DNA of 64,000 nucleotides from Azolla caroliniana (Eukaryota; Plantae; Polypodiophyta): NCBI GenBank assembly GCA_043228905.1, contig JBHGNT010000017.1, positions 16,864,001 to 16,928,000 of the forward strand, read 5' to 3'. Shown piece by piece: positions 51,924 to 64,000 of this stretch (position 1 is its first letter; each line of letters starts with the position of its first letter). The notes under the pieces were generated by a model. It saw only the letters and a program-made list of their open reading frames with translations, ran no database searches and was not told where the DNA came from. The position numbers and the translations under genes were made by a program.

Positions 51924-54900
51924 ATGTCTTCCAAGAGAATCGAGCGCGAGGAGTCCAGGTAGGCGTCTGACACTGTGGACATTTTTGTAAATATGTTTCG
52001 TTTCTCAAGAACTCGATAAGGCGTATCGAGTTCATGTATACAATACAAATATTTATACACGAACTCGATACGGCGTATCGAGTTCGTGTATAAATATTTG
52101 TATTGTATACATGAACTCGATACGCCGTATCGAGTTCATGTTTAAAGTGTAGGTTTTAAACACGAACTCGATACGGCGTATCGAGTTCATGTTTAAAACC
52201 TATACTTCAAACACAAACTCGATACGGCGTATCGAGTTCGTGTTTAAAATTCAAACTTTAAACACGAACTCGATACGGCGTATCGAGTTCCTGTTTAAAG
52301 TGTAGGTTTTAAACACGAACTCGATACGCCGTATCGAGTTCGTTTTTAAAGTTTGAATTTTAAACACGAACTCGATACGGCGTATCGAGTTCATGTTTAA
52401 AGTATAGGTTTTAAACACGAACTCGATACGCCGTATCGAGTTCGTGTTTAAAGTGTAGGTTTTAAACACGAACTCGATACGCCGTATCGAGTTCGTGTAT
52501 AAAGTGTAGGTTTTAAACACGAACTCGATACGCCGTATCGAGTTCGTGTATAAAGTGTAGGTTTTAAACACGAACTAGATACGGCGTATCGAGTTCGTGT
52601 ATAAAGTGTAGGTTTTAAACACGAACTCGATACGCCGTATCGAGTTCGTGTATAAAGTGTAGCCTTTGAGAGAGAAAAATCGTTTACGGGGTGGAAATGA
52701 TATCAAATTGTCTGGCAAAATCAGTCTTTTTTAGGTTGACTTTACTTACTTTTAAACAAATACATGCTCTAATTATAGGTGTTTTATGACCTAGTTTAGC
52801 TTAAAATAGTAGAAAATGATCTACAAATTGCCTTCACTATGCCAAATTCTCCTCAATATAGGTTTAGAATCTATATAAGTCATACCTACTATTTAAAAGA
52901 ATATATAACCCGTTTTACTTATTACGATATATATTTTCTAGGTTGAATAGCCCTGCCTATAATAGATTTTTGAATATGTTACTGCTCCTGGAAACTGTTC
53001 TTCATTATAATAACAACTTCAATCTACGTGACTGTCTAACTTATGTTTTTGCATATACTTTCTTAAATAGGTCGTTTGAGAACCTGTCAGACCGACCCGT
53101 GAAGAAAATTAAGCTTCGCATACAAGGTTCTCCAATCGAAGCCCAGACCAAGGTAACTCCGGAGACCATGAAGAGAGGAAAGAAGCTTCTCTTTAACGAA
53201 GAGACAAAATCTCAGCCACATAGTGATGTAAGCCAAAAGAAACTTGTCGCCGCTACTGGAGGCGAAGACCTTCCTGACCGAGATCTAACGGACAAGGAAT
53301 GGTGTATGCAATATGTCGACTCAAAGAAAAAAGTCGTATTGTATACAGCAAAGAAGAAGGGTGAGGGGCAGCTAGGAAAAGAAACTCCATTTATGTATGG
53401 CCGAATTCTACGATTTGACTACGAAGATGCAGATTCGGCCAACATACTGGTAATGATAGAGTGCTCCAAGGGGGTACGCAAAGTGTTCCTTTCAGAAGAC
53501 CTTTTAGTAAAGGAATCTTGTGGGCCTGAAGTGTTCAAAAAAGCACTTGATAACTCACAAAACCTGATTGTTACCTTGAGGCCTTATATACAAGGCCATG
53601 TAACTCTAAGAGATGAAGAGCCCTCCCACTTGAAGGCCACAAAAAAGGTATCCAAAGTCCAGTCAAGACCAGCCAAGAAGAAGACAACGAAAATGTCGGA
53701 TACGGATTCGACAAGTGAAAATGAAGAAGAGGATAATAAGGGGACGCCAGGGGCCGAGCTGGCCTCGGGTGTCTTGTCATCCGAGCAGAATAAAATAAGG
53801 ATAGAGTTAATGCAACGGAAGCTGGTCAGGAAAGGGCAAGTATTTAATTTGCCTATAACACACATCCATCGGCCCCCTATTGATGAAAAAACAGGTCGAA
53901 GACCACTTGAGATTAGAGAGCCTCATCGCATGCATGTTCAAAATCTCAAGAAAAAAATGAAAATTAATCCTCATGCCACAGTGGTGCCTTTTATTGTTAT
54001 GGTGGATCCTGAAGAATGTGAAACCATTGAAGATTTTGATATCAGAAAGCATGATCAATATAATTATTTTGTCATTGGTGGATCGCATTCAGCAGAGGCA
54101 CGTCGGCAACTTGTGAGAGAACATCCAACCACTTTCTTCTTCAAGTATGCCGAGTGCAAAATTTATGTTGGGCTCACAACCGAAGAGGCTAAGCTGTTGG
54201 CATGGGACCATAATAATGATAATGACTATAGGCAGAAAATGTCGTCTATTGAGCATATACGGTTCTTCCACCACGAGTATTTAGATGTGAAACAAAAGTT
54301 TGGTGTGAAGTTACATCCAGGCCTTCGACGTCAATGTCTGCATGAAGTCGGCATTGTAGTAGATGATAATGTTAGGTCCGATGGTCTTCGAAAGTATGAA
54401 TCTTGGTTTCAATTGGCGTTTAGAGATGGAGAAGTATGGGACCTCCAAGATCAAATCTTCTCAATGTGGGAGAATAAGGAGGTGAAGGGTCAACGACAAA
54501 AGAAATGTAGGGTTGACCCTCAACTAGAATTAAAGTCACAAGCCGCCAAGAAAATTGACTTGACAATTGAAGAAGCGGCAGACGACATGAAGCTGTCTCT
54601 ATGGAGAGCGATGCAAGGTATTAAGGACGAGCAGCTTCTTGTGTCCGTTTTGTCAAGGGTTGTGGCGAAAGATTTAAGCCTTGAAGAAATGGTCACCGAG
54701 TTCAATAAGTAAGTCTTTCAAATACTGAAATTGTAGTCTATCTGGTGTAATTTAAAGTTCTAATCTGGATTTCTAATTTTACAGTCATAAGGTGTACATG
54801 AAGATCCAAGAAGTAATGATGAAACAACTTGGATGTATAACTTGGGAACAAGTGACCGAGTATTATCCTCTAACGTCTTCGTATAAGGCGTTATCAGAGT

Positions 54901-56294
54901 ATTTTATTGCATTCAAGGATTGGGTTAGTATTGATGTTATTTCATTACCCTCTCATCATATGTAGAGCTTGTATAATAATACCTGATGTCCTATTGCTTC
55001 TATTAGAAACCGTGTCGAGGCAAGAAACAAGGAGAAGTTAAGGATATACACGATTTCCCTACATCCTTCCTTGCACATCTCGAGCGAGCCAGAAAAGAAA
55101 AGGATCGTCGCTTAGTCAAGGCGTACGAAATGGAGGAAGATGGCTCGTTTAAAAAATTTAGCCACAAAAAAGATATTACGAGAGATCTTTATTACAATGT
55201 GGTTTGTGGTGATGTCATCGACTTGATCCAGAAGGTGCCAAAGAAGGAATATACGCTAATGATTGCGGATATTCCTTACGGATTTCGAATGGCTGGGTCA
55301 TCATACGACGATGAACCGTTTAGGTTTAAACAATTGGAGAAGATGGTCAAGGATTTCGCTGAGCTAACGACCGCATCCTTGTGGCGAATAGTTGTCTTTC
55401 ATAGTATGGACCAAGGGTACTCGGTAGCTCAAGCTTTGAGATCTCGTTGCCATGGCATCGAGAACCTTGCATGGTAAGGATATTTATAGGTGTCTTTCAT
55501 TATATTGCAATTCTTAAGGTTGTTGAATCTATTCTTAACTCGATGAATTATTTTTTATAGGATCAAGACCAATGTAAATAGAGGGCCAACTTTTCGGTTC
55601 GTTAATGCCATTGAATACATAACGGTTGGCTACTTCGATGAAATTAAAAAACAGAGAATCAAAGAGCATTCTAATGAAGTGGGAGGTTCAAATCTGTTGG
55701 TATATCCAGCAGTGACTCGGAAATTGCGACATGTCACCACAATAGAACGGGGACTTGTCAACCCATACCAAAAACCTCAACGACTTATGATGCGCTTGAT
55801 CGAGATGTTTTCTGTCGAAGGAGACTGGATATTAGATCTCTTTTCTGGCACAGGTATTCCTCGAACTAGGGTAACGATCTTGAGATAACCAATCAATTTT
55901 TTTCGTTTGACAACTAAATCTTCTTGTTACTTACATCATAGGAACTACGTCAGCATGTGCATTGAAGCTGTTTAGGAATACAGTTGCATTGGAGAAGGAC
56001 GAGGACCAAGTTATATTTATTAATATGCGGATTAAGGCTTTGTGGGAGTGCCCAGACCAGGATGAGGAGCTCGGTGCAAAGAACCTCGCCAATACAGAAA
56101 GGTTTCAACCCGCTTCGCGAGAGCCTATTCCTCCGTTAGCCGGCGAACCGGGAGAGCTAATAGAGCTTGATGATGAGCTTATAGAAGATATTTCGTTGGC
56201 CCGGCTAACAGGGGAAACCAATGCACGTATAGCCGAAGACAGTTCTACACAAGATGATGAAGAAAATGACGTTGATGAATTGATTGCTATGTAA
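51924..56294 (+). CDS. ParB/Srx-like domain fused to beta-class N6-adenine/N4-cytosine DNA methyltransferase; 6 exons, ~974 aa
   Basis: Exons 51924-51958, 53071-54708, 54785-54923, 55007-55473, 55561-55853, 55942-56294 (all GT-AG, 2925 nt, open). ParB-like: LPITHIH..IRE..HVQNLKKKM..PFIVMV..YFVIGGSHSAEA..EEAKLLAWDHN. MTase: GDVIDLI..MIADIPYG, WIKTN..NAIEYI, NPYQKPQRLMMRLIEMFS..GDWILDLFSGTGTT..ALEKD. Confidence 0.88.
52003..52660. repeat. Array of ~13 palindromes, 51-bp period, in intron 1 of the ParB-MTase gene
   Basis: acacgaactcgatacg(c/g)cgtatcgagttcgtgt cores separated by AT-rich linkers. Confidence 0.95.
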
Positions 56295-59200
56295 TAGACT
56301 CTATAAAGAATATGACACTGACGATTTGTTAAGATTTCACATTATTAATACAAATTTTGGGTTTTACCTAGTGGATTCTATTCTTTATAATCATCTATAT
56401 GTTTCAATTTTATTTTTATATACCTCATTAGTAGATTTATGATATTGGTTTCACCGCGTGCATAGCTGACTACCAAACTTATGGAGAAACATGAACTAGC
56501 TTAAATGGAGGCTGATTTTGGTCCAAGCTAACCTTAACAGAACATGGCCCTATAATTATTGCCATGACTGTCCATGTTGTTATTATGGATCTTTGTCTTA
56601 TATTGTTAAAACTATTATGTTTCTATTCCATTGCTGCTTAGATTGTGTAGTGTGTTGATAATGGTTCCAGTTGCGTTATCGTTCGGAGTTTGATCTTGTG
56701 TGAATCACCTAAGCAATAGAGTAGATCAATTTTAAATACAGGTATGAAAGCCTAATAGGTTTGTTATTTCCACGGCATTATCCTAAAGTTCACTGCCTTA
56801 CATTGTGCACAATTATATACACATATGGTTTGATCCCATATGAACAAACTGAGGAATAGATTAGATCAACTTTTAATATAAGTATTGAATACTTTAATAA
56901 GTTAGTTATTCCAATCACTTATCCTAATGTGCACTATCCTACATTTTCGACAATTACATACATGCACGTATGGGTCAAAGTATAAATTATATCTCATTTT
57001 ATTAGTATGGATACAAGTACACCTCATAATTTTGTAAAACCTACCTAATTAATATAAGTCTTTAAGTTAGTGTTTCCCTTGTCGCACAATAGTGCCATAT
57101 TGAGCCATAGTTGAACTTTATTTAGATACATTAACTTATCAACATGTCTAAACTTGCATGATTTCTAATGATCTCCACTCGTAGATCTATCATGTATTTT
57201 TATATTTGCAAATTCTTATCAAGTTGAGGAACATGTGATACTAGTGCATCCAATTATTGTAGAGAGGGTGTATTTTCTTCGTTTTAAGAAGATTCTACAA
57301 GTGGAATGCGCAATCCTTCCACTTGTGAACGCGAACGTGTTTTAAGACTGGCGTTGAACCGATTTGGTTCGAAATAATGCCTTGTGCCTCCTTTTATAGT
57401 GTTCTTAGGAGTACTCTTGAGGTTTCTAGAATGTTCTAGAGAAATCTGGAATATACATCAATTTTCTATAGTAAAACTTAAATGAAATTAATATTTTTCG
57501 TATTACAACATATCGTCTAATGGTCAAGAGCTCGACCCATGTAACATAAGGTCATGGGTTCGAGTCTTGCCATATCATGACACTATCCCCCCATTAAAAC
57601 GACGAGTGTCACCAGTCGTTTTGGATTGACGACCCGGTTTATCTGGATATTGACGATGGAAGTCTTCAAGAAGAGCACGAGCATTGGTCACATTCTCTAT
57701 TGGTTCCCAAGTACGCTCATTGGGACTATATCCTAGCCAATCGACTAAATAGTAGAGCTTGTTGCGAACAATCTTGGAATCAAGGATGATGGCAACCTTG
57801 TACTCAGGTCCATCTTCAAGCTCGATCGGGGGTGGAGGTTGTTTAATATGACCTGGGATGGTGCTGTCTTGATAGGGTTTGAGGAGAGAACTATGAAACA
57901 CCGGATGTATCCGAAGTTGTGGAAGGTAGATCGAGACAAGAAACGACATCATTAATTTTTCCGATAATACGGAAAGGACCTAATCACCGATTATCCAACT
58001 TCTCGCATGGGTGAGAGTAGTCTTGATGTGTCGTCGTAGTAGCCGCACCCGATCTCCAATGTCAAAATTGGATGGAAGTGATCGAGGAGAACTATGAAAC
58101 TCCAGATGTATCCGAAGTTGTGGAGGTAGATCGAGATGAAAAGCGACATCATTAATTTTTCTGATAATACGGAAAGGACCTAATCGTCGATAATCCAACT
58201 TCTCGCATGGGCGAGTAGTTTTGATGTGTCGTCGTAGTAGCCACACCCGATCTCCAATGTCAAAACTGGATGGAAGCCGATGACGATCCGTGTAAACCTT
58301 GCGTGTTTGTTGAGCTTGCTATAGATTAGTAGATAAATCCGCTTATATCTTACGTAGCTACTCCAAACGATCCTCTGCACAAGGATTTGTAGGTAACTCT
58401 AGGGTTTTAAATACACACCACTGGGGTTGACAACCCGTGTAAGCATAAAATTGTGTCACCTTTGTCGATGACTGGACAGAGTTATTATACGCAAATTCGG
58501 CGAAGTGGAGAATGTCCGCCCATTCATCTTGATGATAGCTTAAAAAGCACCAAAGATATTGCTCCAATGTTTGATTTGTTCATTCTGCTTGGTCGTCTGT
58601 TTGCGAGTGGTAGCCGGCGGAGAGGTTACAAGTGACCTTAAGCATTTTAAAGAGGTGCTTCCAGAACTTCGAGACGAACTGGGGTCCATGGTTGCTAATG
58701 ATACTATCGGGAAGGCCATGATGCCAACATACTTCACACATGACAATTTCAACGGTTTCTTCACTGGAGATTTCCTTAGTACATGGCAGGAAATGGGCCA
58801 TCTTCGTATATTGTTCTACTATTGTTAAGTTCGCATCGAATCCCATAGAGACCAGAAGATCTGTGATGAAATCTAGGGCAATGGATTGCCATGGCTTGCT
58901 TGGAATTGGTAATGGTTCTAATAAACTATATGGATGATGCCTTGATATTTTTTCTCTGCAGCATGTATCACAAGTCCGAACAAACAAAATCTTCGACAAA
59001 TTGTCGCATATGGGGCCACTATAATGATCGTTGTACTAAATCTAGTGTTTTAGTACTACCAAAATGCCCAGCTGTATATGTGTCATGAAAATTTTGGACT
59101 ACTTGAAGGCGACAAGTACCATTAGGAACATACAAGAGTTTCTTAAAGAATAGTAATCCATCATGACATTCAAATTGTCGATAGTCCGTACCTGGTTGTT

Positions 59201-59723
59201 GCAACTATGAACAAGATGCTCGAGAGGGATCAATTTGTGCTAGAATGGCTTGAGCAAAAGCATCTGTCTTAAAGTCCTCATGTATGGTATCGATAACGTG
59301 GGAATCCAAGGGCATACCGAAGACCTGCGTTGCTTGCAGTCGTGCCGGTCCCAAGATTACTTGCTTTTGGTTATCGAAAGCCGGCTTGTCGGGACGCGAT
59401 GCTAGAAACGAGCGTCGTGATAGATGTTCAAAACACGACCCACACGCCAAGAGGAATCCACACAAACCAACCACACAGATGGTGCTGACCCATCTAACCT
59501 AACTCGATACCACGGAGGGTGGTTAACCCCAGGGATGCTACCAAACATGAACTGCTTTGACAGAAAGGAAAGACAGGTCGCGCGAGTGCAACAAAAACAT
59601 CACCTCCTAGAAACATCGTCACATACGCACCATCGAGGCCATGAGCCTAGCCCCGCACTGCATTCGAGCACAACGGGCGACAACTCAAACGAAGCACACA
59701 CACGAAGACCCCCGACACCGCTA

Positions 59724-61330
59724 CGTATGGACACAATCACTACACCCAACCAAACTACCTCAGCACCCCCAAATGCCGAACTCGAACTAGCATTACAATC
59801 CATTCAAACCCTTGTGGCACTGATGGAAAAAGAGCGAGCACCCACAGAAAATTCAAGAAACCCCACAAACGACAGCGGGAAGAGTGTTGCCACTTCTAAA
59901 CTAGTACCGTGTTTTCTCGGTTTTGGTGACGCAGATGACCATGTAGAGAGGTTCAAGTAGATATGTCAAGCTTATGAGCGCCTCACAAAGACCACCAAAG
60001 TAGCCGCATTCGGACTTCAAGTCGACGACCAAGCCAGAATTTCGTTTAGGACCTTGAATGAGGACATCTTTGCCGACTTCAAGTATGTCATCGAAGATTT
60101 CCTGATAAACTTCGCTCATCGAGGAAATAAATGGAACCCAATCGCCCAACTTTTCGCCCTCACGCAAGAAGCGAACTAAATTGTCAGGGACTACATATGC
60201 CCCCACGAAAAGCCTTCACCATCGTTGTGGCCCAAGTGACAAGATGTTGGACGACAAATTGATGAGTCGATTCATCAATGGGTTGTTTCACCCAACACTC
60301 CAAAATTTCCTAATTGCCAGGATTTATTGGTCATTCGCAAAAGCTTGCACGGTAGTGATGACTTTCAAAGATTCAATGAGCGGGTTACGGATACCCACTC
60401 AAGTGCCTACGAACAACTGTGAGAAGCCCTCGGATCCCAACCCACCCACACTGTCGAGACCACCCAGTATAGAAAGACCCCAAGCATACGCCCAAAAAGA
60501 AAATGTAAGGTGTATGGTGTGCCATCGCACGGGGCATGAGTGCCCCCTCCTCCACCTATGGTGACCTCAATACTGTAAGTGGTGCAAAGCCTTCGTGATG
60601 CATTCTCAAGAGAATTGTTGGCAAGCCCCAAACAGAAGGTATAGCCAAGCACCATTGGTCGAGCACCCACGATCACCTCCACCACTTAGCTGCCCACACC
60701 TACCGGCAATACTTCCCCAACAACCCCCACTACCGCAAATTAGAGCTCGCCTCGTCGAACTAGAATACGCCACTGATAACTAAACTCAGGTTGGGGGGGG
60801 GGCGCCCCCAAATATGAAGACTCATACGAGGAGTACGACGTTGAGGAAGAGGTGCTTTCCCACTTCGTGGACTTCGAAGGCGACCAAATACTAGTGTGCG
60901 TCTTGAGAGGAGAACAGAGGGGCCTGTCAATGGGATATCGCAACAATAATGGTCTAAGAAGGTCAGAATTGAAATGTTTCAATTGGCAAGGCCCACACAT
61001 GGTTAACGAGTGCCAAACAAACATGAGTACTACAACCGGATGGCACAATGACCACGACACCCCCACTTGAAATACCCCCACAACCACCGGTACAAAAGTC
61101 TCACCCAATAGTCATAGGACCTTATCCAGTGGTTCCAAAGAGAAGCATCATCCCCAGGGTGTGGTAAAGAACATTTAATACCTGACTGCCCCGAAAAAAA
61201 GAAACGGATTGGCACAAATTTGCTATCTATTGTACCATCAACGGTTGGCGCCAACATCATCACACGATCTCAAAGAGTAGCTCATAACTTAAAGTATCCC
61301 GACCAAGGCCTCCCCACGACACAAACAGTT
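59724..61330 (+). pseudogene. Degraded Ty3-type gag region
   Basis: FLGFGDADDHVERFK, SRFINGL, knuckle-like CMVCHRTGHEC and CFNWQGPHMVNEC; many stops. Confidence 0.5.
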
Positions 61331-61399
61331 CGAAGGATCGCATTGTCTCCCGGACAGCGATCTACACGCGGGAGAAGCCACCATCCTTCTTCGACTTAC

Positions 61400-63367
61400 A
61401 ATCAATGTTGATGGTCGAAGAAAACCACGCGAGTGGGTTAAGGACCACTCAATCGGATGACCGGATGCTGTACACGAAGACAGATCGGCCCTAAGGACAT
61501 GGTGGATGAGGTGGGTCGGCACGTAGTGGAGGCAGACGGGAAGAGTAGGACAAAGGCACAGAGGTAGTGCCGACAGCAGTTCCGAACCCTCCACAAGTAG
61601 GGAGAGTCAAAGCGGCGCCGGGAACCGGCAAGGAGAAGCCGACACGAAATGTTGGTACTGTGGCAAAAAGGGCCACACGGAAAGCAAGTGCTGGAAGAAG
61701 TGCATCGATTTGGACAAATCCAGATCCGGCAAGGCCGGTCGGGAAAACCAGCAAAACTCGCACTACGCGGAAGGATCAAAAGGATCTGGAACCAAGAAAC
61801 TGGTAAAGCCTAAACCTTCGCGATGGAGCACATGGCTAACTCAAGGAAGAAGAGTACTTCCAAATTGGAGGAAGTATGGTACGTTGATTCCGGAGCGTCC
61901 AACCACATGACGAGCCATCAAGCGTGGTTCTCTTTTTTCGAGAAACCAGAACAACCGGGGATTGTCCAAACCGGAGACAACACTCCTCACCCGATTGTGC
62001 ATGTCGAAGAAATCCCTTTAAGCCATGTCAGACAAAAGGGGAAGCTAATGAACGTATTACACGTTCCGACAATCACAAAGAACCTGGTGTCAGTCAGAAA
62101 AATTGTCGACCACGGAATGCAGGTGCGGTTTACGCACCTCGGGTGCTTCATCGAAGAACAAGGCCGGATAATAGCACAAGGGTGTAGGGAAGGGAGTATG
62201 TTCATCCTCAACACTAATGACATCTGCACTGCTATGTTTATGAAAGGTCATAATGTTGAGTCGGACATCGACCTGATCGGCCATGTCAATTACCGGAGGC
62301 TTCAGGACCTGCAATCGAAACAAGTTGTTTTCGGTTTGCCAAAATTCAGTGGCCGAAAGGCCCAAATATGTGAAGCCTACCAACTCGGGAAGCAACACTA
62401 GCTTCCATTCCCCACCGAACGAAACTGGAGCTTTAATAAGCTCGATCTAATCCATTCGGATGTATGGAGACCGACACAAAACATTAGTCTTGGCGGGAGT
62501 CGGTATTTCGTCTCCTTCATCAACGACTACAGCCGACACTAATGGATCTACCTCATCGAGAGGAAGAGTGAAGTCTTCGAGTGTTTCTGGAACTTGCAAA
62601 GCTTAGTTGAATGGGAAACGAAGAGGAAGGTCAAGTGCTTGCGGTCGGATGGCGGAAGAGAATACTTTTCAGGCCAATTCAACAGTTATCTGTAGCAGAA
62701 CGGAATTCGGAGGGAATTTAGGTGCAGATACACACCGTAGCAAAATGGTGTGGCCGAAAGGAAGAACCGGTCAATTGTCGACGCGGCAAGGGCAATGCTG
62801 GAGGAGAAGAGCATGCCCCAATTCTACTGGATTGAGGCGGTCCAGATGGCCATCTATATCCAAAACCGGATCGGTGACAAGGTGTCAACACATGAGTTGT
62901 ATTTTGGGCGAAAGCCGAATTTGACACACCTTCGGATATTCCGTAGCATAGCATATGTGCATGTACCGGATGAGAAGTGGAGGAAGCTGTATCCGAATTC
63001 AAAGAAGTGCGTCTTAGTCGGTTACTTGCACGAGAAAAAGTGGTCTAAGTGCTATAACTCCCAGACTAAGCAGGACCGAGTAAGCCGAGATGTCGAGTTT
63101 GATGAGACGGCATCATGGTACTCCTTACCGACTCCAACTCCCGACGAAGACCCGATTGCGGAAGATGAGGCTATTGAGCACAAGGAGGTCCAGGTAGAAG
63201 ATGCAGATTTCGACACTCTAGAAGAGAGTACGATCACATTCCGGTTAAGTGGACCGAATGAGTGGTTGAGTCGGGACAGCCAATCGAATGAAGAACTAGT
63301 GAGTAGTGGAGACTTTGTCGTGCTCTCCCTGCGCAAGGAACTGAGGAGACGGTTCACGCTGTCATAG
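61400..63367 (+). pseudogene. Copia gag knuckle-protease-integrase fragment, same family as 29605-38155
   Basis: CWYCGKKGH, WYVDSGASNHMT, VLHVPTITKNLVSV, NGVAERKNRS..IGDKV..SRDVEFDE; no LTRs evident. Confidence 0.85.
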
Positions 63368-64000
63368 AATTCTGCGCTTGAATGTCGGATCTAGGCGGGA
63401 CCATCGAGGTCATGGACCATGAGGGGAGGAGTTGCGGGGAACCCGAATCCTCCGGAGCTTGCCGCGTTGCCGGCCGGTTCGGTCCGGGATGGTCTCTGGG
63501 TCGAATGTGACCAGTAATCGCATGGGAAGTGAGAGAGTGCGCCCTCGTCCTGGCCGCCCCTTCTGACCGTATGTACAAGGGGTCCAAAAGAGGCACGGGA
63601 CACGGCTCGATAAACCGCGTCCGCGTACAGTCACACACATATACACACCTGGTTACAACCGGCACCTCTACATCGGCGACCACGCACGCACCAATTCTCG
63701 GACCCTACGTTAACCGGAAACACACACACCTATATTCATGACGCTCATTGCAATGCCGGTTCCACACGGAGAGGTAGAGGGAGCCTGCATCCTAGGGCCA
63801 GTCGGGGAGCTCCCAAGCTCATTCACGTGGCCGGACCCTTGTGCAGGGCACGCCTCTTCCTGAACGACCACCTCATGTTGCCAAGCCACCTACCGGGAGT
63901 GCACGGGTTCAACGGCCCAAGCTGGGTCTTCCGCGCCAAGGAGGGAAACCTACCAATGAACCGCCTAGTGCACAGGCTCGTCACAAGCGACAGAAGCTAA

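Larger units (their letters stand above)
47963..57341. mobile_element. TTAA-flanked TIR DNA transposon carrying a ParB-DNA methyltransferase gene
   Basis: TIRs aacacgttcgcgttcacaagtggaaggat(c/t)gcgcat at 47963-47998 and 57306-57341 (1 mismatch); TTAA on both flanks (47959-47962, 57342-57345). Confidence 0.92.
47758..59400 (-). mobile_element. Chromovirus Ty3 remnant: integrase-chromodomain plus 3' LTR (57582-57346 and 47958-47758) split by a DNA transposon
   Basis: GHFG..CDTC, IALDFIT, GPFRI, IHPVFHSSLLKPY, chromodomain YKVAIILDS..YLVDWLGY..TWEP; PPT ggggggatag before TGTCA at 57582; matching TGTCA end at 47758; ~200-bp internal duplication 57880-58280. Confidence 0.8.

Noticed and set aside
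52251-52571. 106-aa repetitive ORF
   Set aside because: Translation of the 51-bp repeat on the antisense strand
52003-52660. CRISPR array
   Set aside because: Spacers are short and repeated rather than unique, no cas genes are present, and the array is in a spliceosomal intron
52943-53070. N-terminus of the 589-aa ORF as listed
   Set aside because: AT-rich intron sequence ending in an AG acceptor at 53070; the modelled start is exon 1 at 51924
51924-56294. Bacterial contamination as source of the MTase
   Set aside because: Five GT-AG introns, a TATA box and nesting inside a plant LTR
56715-56975. Degenerate ~140-bp tandem duplication inside the MTase element
   Set aside because: Only two diverged copies with no evident functional signal
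57508-57575. Functional tRNA gene
   Set aside because: No convincing acceptor or anticodon stem; kept only as a tRNA-like finding
63368-64000. GC-rich segment at window end
   Set aside because: Probably another TE fragment, but no diagnostic motif within the window

Overview
Eukaryotic, transposon-dense genomic DNA with GT-AG introns, plant-type Copia/Ty3 elements and nested insertions; a non-seed land plant such as a fern or bryophyte is inferred, not shown. Two large cargo-carrying DNA transposons stand out. (1) A ~9.4 kb element (47963-57341) with TTAA flanks and ~36-bp TIRs, inserted in a chromovirus LTR. It carries a Sola1/DUF7869-like transposase broken by one stop codon and, divergently, an apparently intact 6-exon, ~974-aa gene fusing a ParB/Srx-like domain to a bacterial-type beta-class N6A/N4C DNA methyltransferase. 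Intron 1 of that gene holds ~13 near-perfect palindromes spaced 51 bp apart. (2) An 11.7 kb Sola2-like element (5084-16821, TTGT TSD) with an intact spliced transposase, a RING-finger cargo gene, a degenerate FCP1/SCP-like phosphatase exon and kilobase AGCTAATTAGCT arrays confined to introns. Also present: two tRNA-Trp-primed Ty3 elements nested in Copia elements and sharing a candidate -1 frameshift pseudoknot, a hAT MITE, a decayed MULE, and one intronless host-like gene resembling aegerolysin/actinoporin proteins. All family assignments are from motifs read by eye.
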